Assembly (NCBI GenBank): GCA_007132505.1
Contig: SLOM01000064.1
Location: forward strand, 1 to 48,510
Length of the DNA: 48,510 nt
From: Candidatus Sumerlaeota bacterium
GTDB taxonomy: Bacteria; Sumerlaeota; Sumerlaeia; SLMS01
Direction: 5' to 3'
This document shows positions 39,535 through 47,503 of the stretch, one piece after another. The translations under genes were made by a program, and so were the position numbers. Numbering within the stretch: the first letter of the stretch is position 1; each line of letters opens with the position of its first letter. The notes beneath the pieces were generated by a model. It was not told where the DNA came from, ran no database searches, and saw only the letters and a list, made by a program, of their open reading frames with translations.

Positions 39535-41859
39535 TCAGTCCTCCCCGGCCTTGAGTTCCTCGGGGAGTTCGAGCAGGGCGAGCCCGTCGAGCACCAGCTC
39601 GCCGTCGCTCTTCCGTGCCTGATCCGTCTGTACAAGGTAGACCATGGTCAACGTGTAGGGCGGGGTCATGGTGCCTGCCGGTGCTGCCTCCTGGAGATCG
39701 AGCTTTGCATGGCGCCACTCGCCCTCCCAGTCCACTCCGGTGTGCTCATCGGTGAAGTTGCCGTAGATGGTGCGGCCCTCGGCGTCAGAGAGGAGGGCTC
39801 GCATCCACTGGCCCTTGCCGTCGCCATACACCCACAGGCCGATTGCCATGGGGTGGTCGCTCGGGAGTTCGATGTCCATGGGGATGCCGATGCGGCTCGT
39901 GCCGCGGGGGATCATGGCGTAGGAGAGCCGCCATGCCGCCTCGCCCGTGCGGACGTTGTCGTGCTCGAGGGTCAGGGAGGACCGGTCCGCGTCGGCGTTC
40001 ACCAGATCGAGTTCCACGCCGGGAAGCTCGTCGAAGGAGAGGAGCGGCACTTCGCTGAAATGCGAGACGGCGACCGGGAGGCTGGCCTCCACATCGCCTG
40101 TGCCGATGCGGACATGACCCATGCCGCGGCCGAGCGCCTCCAGCTCGCCGCGCTCGGGCGACCAGGAGAGGAACTCGGGCAGGTCCATGTCCTCGAAGAA
40201 GAAGCCGGGCGAGAAGTCCCTGCCGGAGGTGCTGGTGGCAAGGATGCGCACGGGCAGCGAATCACCGGGTTCCAGCAGCATGGCGGGAGGCTGGAATTCC
40301 ATGCTGGTGGGTTCCTCCACGGTGACTGTGGCGCTGCCGGTGGGCTGGGGCCGGCTGACGTCCACGGTGCGGCTGGAGGCACCTGCACGGACGGTGGCCG
40401 TTCCCGCCTCGAGACCACGGATGGTGCCGAATACTTCGCCGGGGATGAGCTGCTGGAAGGGCGTCACGACACCGCCGGCGGCGGTGAGGAAGAAGCTCCA
40501 TGGCCCGTCGTCCAGGCGGAAGCGCTCGCCGTCCGCGGCAATGCCGCGAATGTGGACGTTGTGGGAGGCGCCGACGGGGAGCCGCAGCCGGCTCGGGCTG
40601 AGCTCGAGCGCGCTCAGTTCCCCGGGCGGACCAGTGCGCCGGAAGATGAGGGCATTCGTGACGGAGCGGGCACCGGCGGAGTCGGACGGGAAATTCGACA
40701 GTTTGCCGTCCACCACCATGGTGGAGGAACCGCCGCCATCGAGGTTCATGGCGGTGAAGGCGCCCTTCTCGCGCATGAGCTCACCCAGTTCGTTGAGGTC
40801 CACGCCGCGGCTGCGGCCGGGCTGACGCCCGTCCACCACCATGGCGACGACGGTCGTCCCGTCCTCTTTCACCCCGATGGCGGTGCGCGGGTGCCGTGTT
40901 GTGAGGAATCCCGACCCCCAGCCTTCGGGGCCGGTGCGCTCCTCCGCCACGACCTCGCCGTCCCGCAGGATCGTGGGGCCACCTCCGATCACACCGATCA
41001 CCTTCCCGGGGAGCTCCGGGAAGACCAGCTCCAGTTCCACGGCGGCGCCGGACTCGGCCCACTCGGGGAGGGGTTCCTCAAGGTGGACGGCCACGCGCGT
41101 GCGGGTGAGGGAGAGGGTCTCCGTGCCGGCATCACCGGCGATGGTGCCCGTGGTGGTGGTGTTGGGAAGAAGCTCCTCGCCATCGAGGGCAATGGGTAGG
41201 GCCAGGCTGCCTTCACGTGGCTCTGGTGCCTGATCGGCGAGCGGCCAGGTGAAGATCGTGTTGCCGCCCTCTTCGAGGGGGAAGTTGATCGCCCGGATGG
41301 AGACGGACGAGGCGCCGTCCGGTCCGTGGAGCAGGATTTCAAAGTGGGTGGAGCCGACGTGGATGTTCCCGTCCTCGTCGAATGCGAAGACGCTGCGGGA
41401 GGGCACGTCCGGGTCGCGGTCCCGCCAGTCCGGATGGTGCCAGATGGTGCCGTCGGCGACGAACATGCCGACGGGCACCCCGCCGGCGCGCCAGAAGTCC
41501 CCATTGATGGCTGCGATCGGCCGGGCTTCGGGCTCGTATAGGCGTTCCACCATGCCGGGCACAGTCTCGCGGCCAAGGAGGGTGTCCTGGCCGGAGCGTG
41601 GCTCGGCCATGAGGTCTTCCCGCCCGGTCTCGATGGTGACCGTGGAGACGGTAAGTGGCCCGTCCTCGTGGGCGTCGAAGTAATGGTGCACGCCGGGGGC
41701 GATGGACCGGTCCCAGCTGAACTCCTCGCCGTCGGCATACCCTTCGGTATAGGGGAAGCGCTCGCCGGTCTGGGCTCCGGCGGAGGCGGCCAGACCACCG
41801 GCCATGAGAAGACACAGCGTGCCGCGGGCCGCGCCGGACAGGAACGTGGTTGCAGGCAT
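39535..41859 (-). CDS. phosphodiester glycosidase-family protein with Ig-like and C-terminal CBM-like domains (paralogue B)
   Basis: Signal peptide MPATTFLSGAARGTLCLLMAGGLAASAGA. It carries the same motif series as paralogue A (AAINGDFW, IGGGPTILRDGEVV, MNLDGGGSSTMV) and the shared C-terminal tail ...LDGLALLELPEELKAGED. Confidence 0.8.
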   Translation of the reverse strand: MPATTFLSGAARGTLCLLMAGGLAASAGAQTGERFPYTEGYADGEEFSWDRSIAPGVHHYFDAHEDGPLTVSTVTIETGREDLMAEPRSGQDTLLGRETVPGMVERLYEPEARPIAAINGDFWRAGGVPVGMFVADGTIWHHPDWRDRDPDVPSRSVFAFDEDGNIHVGSTHFEILLHGPDGASSVSIRAINFPLEEGGNTIFTWPLADQAPEPREGSLALPIALDGEELLPNTTTTGTIAGDAGTETLSLTRTRVAVHLEEPLPEWAESGAAVELELVFPELPGKVIGVIGGGPTILRDGEVVAEERTGPEGWGSGFLTTRHPRTAIGVKEDGTTVVAMVVDGRQPGRSRGVDLNELGELMREKGAFTAMNLDGGGSSTMVVDGKLSNFPSDSAGARSVTNALIFRRTGPPGELSALELSPSRLRLPVGASHNVHIRGIAADGERFRLDDGPWSFFLTAAGGVVTPFQQLIPGEVFGTIRGLEAGTATVRAGASSRTVDVSRPQPTGSATVTVEEPTSMEFQPPAMLLEPGDSLPVRILATSTSGRDFSPGFFFEDMDLPEFLSWSPERGELEALGRGMGHVRIGTGDVEASLPVAVSHFSEVPLLSFDELPGVELDLVNADADRSSLTLEHDNVRTGEAAWRLSYAMIPRGTSRIGIPMDIELPSDHPMAIGLWVYGDGKGQWMRALLSDAEGRTIYGNFTDEHTGVDWEGEWRHAKLDLQEAAPAGTMTPPYTLTMVYLVQTDQARKSDGELVLDGLALLELPEELKAGED

Positions 41860-42076
41860 CCTTTGAGTTTCCTTTCGGGAGACTGCGGGGGGATTGTTTT
41901 TCAGGGGACAGGTTGGCCGGAGTGGACCGATGGGTCCAGCCTCATTTGACTGTCAGGCAGAAAAGAGACAGGGTGACAGGTGGAGTGCAGCAGGCGAAAC
42001 GGAGCCATGCTTATTGACCCCGGACCAACCTGAACGAAGAAGAGGCAAACACCTGCAGGGCGTGGGGTAAGAGGCG

Positions 42077-42532
42077 ATGCGGATCTACCTCGATTCTTGC
42101 TGTCTCAACAGGCCTTTCGACGATCCCCGGCAAGAGCGCATCCGCATCGAGTCCTTTGCCATCGAGAGGATCATGGCACGGATTCATGCAGGGGATTGGA
42201 TGCTCGTGGGTAGTGATGCGTTGGTACTGGAGACCCTCAGAAACCCTGATACAGCCCGTCGTGATGCAGTCCTGGAAATGCTTGAACAATCAAGAGAGTG
42301 GGTACCCCTGACGGAATCCGTTCAGAGCCTGGCTGGGGAGTTGGCCCGCCTGGGCGTTGCGGAGTGGGACGCGTTTCACTTGGCCAGCGCGTCGTATGCC
42401 CAAGTTGACGTCATGTTGACTGTGGATGACAGGCTTTACAGGCAGGCCCGCCGTCTGCTAAGAGCTGACCGCACACGGGTGGAGCTCCCAGCCGCCTGGC
42501 TGGAGCTTCCCGGCAAGGAGATTGAACAGTGA
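42077..42532 (+). CDS. PIN-domain nuclease (VapC-like toxin candidate)
   Basis: Begins MRIYLDSCCLNRPFDD, with later acidic positions (EWDAFHLASA, LTVDDRL) spaced as in PIN domains. 151 aa. Confidence 0.7.
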   Translation: MRIYLDSCCLNRPFDDPRQERIRIESFAIERIMARIHAGDWMLVGSDALVLETLRNPDTARRDAVLEMLEQSREWVPLTESVQSLAGELARLGVAEWDAFHLASASYAQVDVMLTVDDRLYRQARRLLRADRTRVELPAAWLELPGKEIEQ

Positions 42533-42798
42533 GCCTGGAAGAGCTGACTGGACGGGAATTGCGCCGGGCGGCCTTTGCCGCGATTCGGAAGGAGTTGGGA
42601 CCGGAGGCCTTGGTGCGTTTCATCGCTCAGAACCTTTCCCAACCAGGACGGGACTACACGGAGGAGCGCCGGGAGGCCCCGCATCTTTCCGTGGACGAGA
42701 TCATCTCCGAATACGAGCGAGTACGGGCAGAAAGCGGGGGTTCGCTGGCACCCCGGGACACGAAAGTGCTGGGGGGAGAGCACGGTCCCCAAGCGTAG
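42529..42798 (+). CDS. 89-aa partner protein (candidate antitoxin) translationally coupled to the PIN gene
   Basis: A GTG at 42529 overlaps the PIN stop (GTGA). The product reads MSLEELTGRELRRAAFAAIRKELGPEALVRFIAQ...GRDYTEERRE...LSVDEII. No family confidently recalled. Confidence 0.55.
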   Translation: MSLEELTGRELRRAAFAAIRKELGPEALVRFIAQNLSQPGRDYTEERREAPHLSVDEIISEYERVRAESGGSLAPRDTKVLGGEHGPQA

Positions 42799-42842
42799 TG
42801 TTCAGGCAACGGCCATACAGCCCGATCAGCCTGCCGCGCCGT

Positions 42843-43826
42843 TCACCGCAGTGCCAGAAGCGCCGGCAATGCCTCGAGGTCCATGTTGCCGCCGCTCAGG
42901 ATGACGCCCACGCGCCGGCCGGCGAACCGGTCCCTGTGAGCGAGTAATCCGGCTGCGGCCAGTGCGCCGGTTGGCTCGGCCACCAGCTTCATCCGCTCCA
43001 TGAGAAGAAACATGGCATGGACGATCTGCTGCTCGCCGACGGTGATCATGTCGTGGACCAGCGAGCGCACGATGGGGAAGGTGTGCTCGCCGAGCGATGG
43101 CGAGCGTGCGCCGTCCGCGATCGTGTCCGGGTTGTGGACCCGATGGAGTGTGCCGGTGCGGAAAGACCGTGTGGCGTCGTCCGCGTTTGCCGGCTCGACG
43201 CCGATAACCCGGCAGGAGGGGCAAAGGCGTGAGGCGGCGAGCGCAATGCCCGAGATGAGGCCTCCCCCGCCGACAGGGACGAGCAGGTCGTCGAGGTCCT
43301 CCACGTCCGCGAACAGTTCCAGACCGGCGGTGCCCTGTCCGGCGATGACGTCCGCGTGGTCGAAGGGCGGTATGACGGGCAGTCCGCGTTCACCGGCGAT
43401 CCGGGCGGCCAGTTCCTCGCGGGTTGTGGTGGCGCGGTCATATTCGACGATGGTGGCGCCGTAGCCCTCGGCCGCCTGCCGTTTGGCGCGGGGAGCGTCC
43501 GACGGCATGACGATGGTCACCGCAACGCCGAGAAGGCTGCCTGCGAGGGCCAGAGCCTGCGCGTGGTTCCCCGAGGAGAATGTCAGGACCTCCCGTGCCT
43601 TGGGGTCACGTTCGGCCAGGGCAGTCAGGGCATTCAGCGCGCCGCGGAACTTGAAGGAGCCCGTGCGTTGGAGGTTTTCACACTTGAAGTGAACTACTGC
43701 CGCGCCGCTCTCCGCCGCGAAAAAGCGGGAGGTCAGGACTGGCGTGTGATGCGCCTTTCCGGCCAACCGCACGGACGCGGCATCAAGGTCCGGCCCGTGG
43801 GATCCTGGGTCCACGATCCGGGACAT
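42843..43826 (-). CDS. PLP-dependent threonine/serine dehydratase (short, catabolic-type)
   Basis: Contains FKCENLQRTGSFKFRGALNAL (the PLP lysine motif) and the glycine-rich loop PVGGGGLISG. 327 aa with no C-terminal ACT-like regulatory domain. Confidence 0.88.
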   Translation of the reverse strand: MSRIVDPGSHGPDLDAASVRLAGKAHHTPVLTSRFFAAESGAAVVHFKCENLQRTGSFKFRGALNALTALAERDPKAREVLTFSSGNHAQALALAGSLLGVAVTIVMPSDAPRAKRQAAEGYGATIVEYDRATTTREELAARIAGERGLPVIPPFDHADVIAGQGTAGLELFADVEDLDDLLVPVGGGGLISGIALAASRLCPSCRVIGVEPANADDATRSFRTGTLHRVHNPDTIADGARSPSLGEHTFPIVRSLVHDMITVGEQQIVHAMFLLMERMKLVAEPTGALAAAGLLAHRDRFAGRRVGVILSGGNMDLEALPALLALR

Positions 43827-45193
43827 CAGTCCACGGGGCCGTTGGGAGTATTGGGGGTCGCATCCTGCTCGTCCCCGGGAGGGGAGGTGTCCTCCGATTC
43901 AACGAGCTGGTCGCCGGCGAGAAGTGTGTCCAGCTCGCCGCGCAGTTGCTGCTCCAGGTTGGGCAGAGCGCCCACATGGACGGCCTGGATGGTACCGTCC
44001 GTGCCGATGATGGCGGTGTGCGGGATGCCCCCGACGCCGTATTCGCGGGAGACGGCGCCATCGTGGTCCATCAGGACGGCAAGGTCCAGGTCGTTGGACT
44101 CGAGGAAGGAGCGCGCCTGCGCCTCGCTCTCCCGCAGATTGACGGCGTACACGACGACGTTGCGGTCCGCGTACTCGGCGGCGATCTTCTCAATGGTGGG
44201 CATGATCGCGCGGCAGGGCCCGCACCAACTGGCCCAGAAATCCAGGACGACGACGTCCCGGCCGCGGTGGGCCGCGAGGGTGAAAGGCTCCCCGCCGCCG
44301 AGTCTTTCGAGTTCGAAGTCAGGCGCCAGTTCGCCAAGCGAGGGATGAGCGGGCCTGCTGGGCATGGCCTGCATCAGCTCGGCCCGGAGCGAGTCCACGC
44401 GCCGCGCGTCCTCCGGTGGGTCGAAACGGAAGCGGGAGGCGGGGATTTCCTCGTCCAGGCGCCAGTTCTCCACGTGGACGAACATCGAGACGCTGGTGCC
44501 ATCAATGTTCGGTATGTTGAGGCTCCTGAGGAGTGGCTTGTCGCCCGTGGTGGTCTTGATCTGTCCGCTTCCGAGCTGCGGGACGGTGAAGGCCATGACG
44601 TGGTGGGATTCGCCGTCCTCGTTCTCCTCCACGCCGCTGTATTCGAACGTGGCGCGGGTACCGATTGCTTCGGCGAATGCGCCGGGTTCCCCCAGCAGGG
44701 AGACAGTGGCGGCAAGGTCCCGGATTGAATCGTCGAGGGCTTCGGCGAGCGTGGCGGCACTGGTCTCCGTGCGCTCGTAGATGTTTGTTGGGGCGCCGCG
44801 GGGAAGTCCCGGCAATGCTCCTCCGGCAAGGTGCTGCCAGAGCGTTTCCCCGTCGCTGACAAGGACAAGCGCGGGGCCCTCATGCCTGCCATCGTACAGG
44901 TCCACGCGGAAACGGTTGGGGCGTTCGGCGGAGACGACGGCGCGATCGCGAATAACGCCCTCCGCCGCGATGGTGGGATGGGTGATGACGGTGCGCTCCT
45001 CGAACTGGATGGTGGAGGCTTCAGCGAGGGTGCGCTCCAGCTCTGCGATCAGCTCCATGGCCCGTCCGTCGCCCTGCGCGGAGCCGTTACTCTCCGCGTG
45101 GGCCGGATGGGGCATGGCTGGCGCCAAAAAGATGGCCGCCGCGAGGGCGGCGGTCCGGGCGTGATTCGAGTGTCTTCTTATGGTGGGGGTCAT
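43826..45193 (-). CDS. secreted LolA-like/DUF2092-type domain fused to a TlpA/ResA-type thioredoxin domain
   Basis: The N-terminal half is paralogous to ORF 45315-46265 (IQFEE-TV, RPN-F---LYDG, LVV-SDGET). The C-terminal half reads VVVLDFWASWCGPCRAIMP...GIPHTAIIG. Its stop overlaps the dehydratase ATG (TGATG). Confidence 0.75.
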   Translation of the reverse strand: MTPTIRRHSNHARTAALAAAIFLAPAMPHPAHAESNGSAQGDGRAMELIAELERTLAEASTIQFEERTVITHPTIAAEGVIRDRAVVSAERPNRFRVDLYDGRHEGPALVLVSDGETLWQHLAGGALPGLPRGAPTNIYERTETSAATLAEALDDSIRDLAATVSLLGEPGAFAEAIGTRATFEYSGVEENEDGESHHVMAFTVPQLGSGQIKTTTGDKPLLRSLNIPNIDGTSVSMFVHVENWRLDEEIPASRFRFDPPEDARRVDSLRAELMQAMPSRPAHPSLGELAPDFELERLGGGEPFTLAAHRGRDVVVLDFWASWCGPCRAIMPTIEKIAAEYADRNVVVYAVNLRESEAQARSFLESNDLDLAVLMDHDGAVSREYGVGGIPHTAIIGTDGTIQAVHVGALPNLEQQLRGELDTLLAGDQLVESEDTSPPGDEQDATPNTPNGPVD

Positions 45194-45211
45194 GTTGGTG
45201 CTGTCCGTTTG

Positions 45212-45256
45212 TAAAAACGAGTTGGGCGGCGGGACCTCTGATGAGTCCCGCCGCCC
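45212..45256 (-). terminator. rho-independent terminator after ORF 45315-46265
   Basis: Perfect 12-bp stem: GGGCGGCGGGAC (45224-45235) with GTCCCGCCGCCC (45245-45256). On the - strand it is followed by AACTCGTTTTTAC. Confidence 0.6.
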
Positions 45257-45314
45257 ATGACTGCCGGGTCAAGGGTTACGGCTCAATGGAAGGAAGCGGC
45301 TCGGCCTCCATGTC

Positions 45315-46265
45315 CTATTGCGGAGCGTCCGGAGCGGGTGGCGGGGGTGCCTGCTGCTCGGGCGGAGGCGCCTGCGGCTGGGTCAGCGTCTGCAGCAGGG
45401 AGTCCACTTCTTCGGCGTCCGAGGGCGGGCTGTAGTCGAAGCGCTCGACGGAGATGCTCTCGTCCAGCCTCCAGTTGTCGAACCGGAAGGCGACATCCAC
45501 GTCCTGCTGCTGCATCTGTGTGATCTTGACTTCACGCAGCAGTGGGTTGTCGTCGGCGGTTGCGACCATCTCGCCTGCCATCATGCCGGGGACCGCGAAG
45601 GTGAGCTTGTGGTGCTCCTTGCCGTCCTCGTCCTCTTCCGTGCCGGCATAGTCGAACTGGGTCATGGGGCCGAAGGCCTGCTCGAAGGAGCCGGGCTCAG
45701 CAAGCAGGGCAAGGCTGATGGAGCCGAGGAAGGGGGATTCCTCGATAGCCTTGGCCAGATCGTCGGCAGCCTCGACGCGCTCGAAGAAGCTGATGGGGCC
45801 CATGGGGCTTTCGCCGCCGTAGAACTGAGTGACGGTTTCGCCGTCGCTCGCCACAACGAGCGAGGGTGTGGTGTCCTCGCCGTCATAGAGCTGGGCAAGG
45901 AACTGGTTCGGGCGGGCGGCCATGAAACTCATCCGCGACTGAACCATCTCCATGTCGCCCATTTCGGGCATCCGGAGGACGGTCTTTTCCTCGAACTGGA
46001 TGCTGTCAGCATTGGCGAGGGTTTCTTCCAGCTTCTTGATGAGTTCCTTGGCTTCTTCCTCAGCTTCTGGTTCGGGGACATCGGGCTGAACGATTTCAGG
46101 CTCCGCGAAGCCGGGGTCGGGTGGTGGTGCTGGTTCGGCCGGAGGTGCGGGTGGAGGAGCCTCCTGGGCTCCAAGAAGCGCCGGGGCGCCCGCGATGGAG
46201 ACAGCGACCGCCGTGCAACCAGCGAGTCGGAGAAGGTGATCCCGTCTGAGTAACAGCATAAGCAA
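45315..46265 (-). CDS. secreted LolA-like/DUF2092-type protein with Pro-rich termini
   Basis: Hydrophobic N-terminus, then APPPAPPAEPAPPPDP. The core is paralogous to the N-terminal half of ORF 43826-45193. The C-terminus reads PQAPPPEQQAPPPPAPDAPQ. Confidence 0.65.
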   Translation of the reverse strand: MLMLLLRRDHLLRLAGCTAVAVSIAGAPALLGAQEAPPPAPPAEPAPPPDPGFAEPEIVQPDVPEPEAEEEAKELIKKLEETLANADSIQFEEKTVLRMPEMGDMEMVQSRMSFMAARPNQFLAQLYDGEDTTPSLVVASDGETVTQFYGGESPMGPISFFERVEAADDLAKAIEESPFLGSISLALLAEPGSFEQAFGPMTQFDYAGTEEDEDGKEHHKLTFAVPGMMAGEMVATADDNPLLREVKITQMQQQDVDVAFRFDNWRLDESISVERFDYSPPSDAEEVDSLLQTLTQPQAPPPEQQAPPPPAPDAPQ

Positions 46266-46707
46266 TCCTTGGGTGAAAATGGTCCGGGCGCCTGAGCTGT
46301 GACCCCTGCTCCGGCGCCCCGAAATTTTGATCGCCTGCCGCGGGACAATAGGAGCACCCCGGCAGCGTGTTTATGGAGACCGGTCCTTCCGGCGGGGGGT
46401 TTGGGGATTTGTTGGGTTTCTTGCAGGCAAGGCCCGACTCGGGCGCCCGAGGGCTTGTCACGAGGGGCTTTACGCCGGATCCGGTGACATTCTTTTTCCA
46501 GCGCGCCATAATATCCACTTGTCAGGACGAGGGGAGAAGCCGTCTGGTGTGGGAGCCTTGCGGTCCCGTCGGCGTTTCCCCGATTGACCCCGCCGGCGGG
46601 GAGTGGCTCTTGAGGCCCGCCTCACTGATAACACGGGACTTGGGGAGGTTATTCGAGTAGTGCTGAGACGTCAGGCTGCAAACAGACAGAGCAAGCTCAT
46701 CTTCTCC

Positions 46708-47499
46708 ATGCGCCGGAGTGACCGGACCGGGAGCCAGACCGGTGCGGAGGAGGTGCTTTACCGCTGCGACGACGGCATCCCGATGCTGTGGGTGTTCGCC
46801 TTCGGCGCGCGCAACGTCTGGGACCCGGGGGACCACGTGGAGGACCGCGGCGGGGCTGTCGGGGAGAGGAATCCCTACGAGACACAGATTGAGGTGGCGT
46901 TGGCGCGCATTGAGCACGCGGAGGCGAACCTTCGTTCCGCGGCACCGCTTTGGTTCTGGTTTTCCGCACTGCCGCTTCTGCGCCGCAAACTGCTCCCAAA
47001 GCCGCGCCACGGCTTCGTTCGGGTCAGTGCGCCGTGGTTGGCCAGTGCGGATGATGAGACGGCGGTGAGCTGGCGCCGCGCCCCCTCCTTTGCCGAGAAC
47101 GTGGTCAACTATGTCGGGGCGGGTGACCCGTCCATGGCCATCCGGAACCTGCGGGAACTCGATCCGCTCTGTCCGTTTCTGCCGCTTGGGAAGCTGGGAG
47201 ACGTGAACCAGCTCGCGCGCGTCTCAGCGGAGGCCAAGGATCAGGACCCGGCGGTGAGTCTGGCGCTGATGACACTCGGCCGCCCCGTGCTCAAGGAGGC
47301 GTTCGAGCGGGGCATCCACCACGACGTGGAACCGGCGCTTGAAAAGCACGAGAAGCTTCCGGCGGAGGCCTTTCGGCTGCCGGAGCCACGGGTCGAGAGC
47401 GCTTCGCCGACAGTGGAGAGCGCCCCGGGGGGATCACTGGTAGGGAAGCTGACAGGCCTGTTCCGACGCGAGAAGCCCCAGTCCGCGCCACGCTCCTGA
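46708..47499 (+). CDS. hypothetical protein (no recognised family; start uncertain, could be GTG 46603)
   Basis: Long ORF with GC3 bias. Contains LYRCDDGIPMLWVFAFGARNVWDPGD and SAAPLWFWFSALPLLRRK. There is no clear SD before either candidate start. Confidence 0.45.
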   Translation: MRRSDRTGSQTGAEEVLYRCDDGIPMLWVFAFGARNVWDPGDHVEDRGGAVGERNPYETQIEVALARIEHAEANLRSAAPLWFWFSALPLLRRKLLPKPRHGFVRVSAPWLASADDETAVSWRRAPSFAENVVNYVGAGDPSMAIRNLRELDPLCPFLPLGKLGDVNQLARVSAEAKDQDPAVSLALMTLGRPVLKEAFERGIHHDVEPALEKHEKLPAEAFRLPEPRVESASPTVESAPGGSLVGKLTGLFRREKPQSAPRS

Positions 47500-47503
47500 C
47501 CCG

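Noticed and set aside
38680-41199. 839-aa + strand ORF (and the 641-aa ORF at 35971-37896) opposite the phosphodiester-glycosidase genes
   Set aside because: Antisense shadows of the minus-strand paralogues. They have no start context or motifs, and the composition is typical of a GC-rich non-coding frame.
46391-46420. G-quadruplex-forming tract GGCGGGGGGTTTGGGGATTTGTTGGGTTTC
   Set aside because: Only three clean G-runs of 3 or more are present. A four-tract G4 requires splitting the G6 run with a zero-length loop. Too marginal to call.
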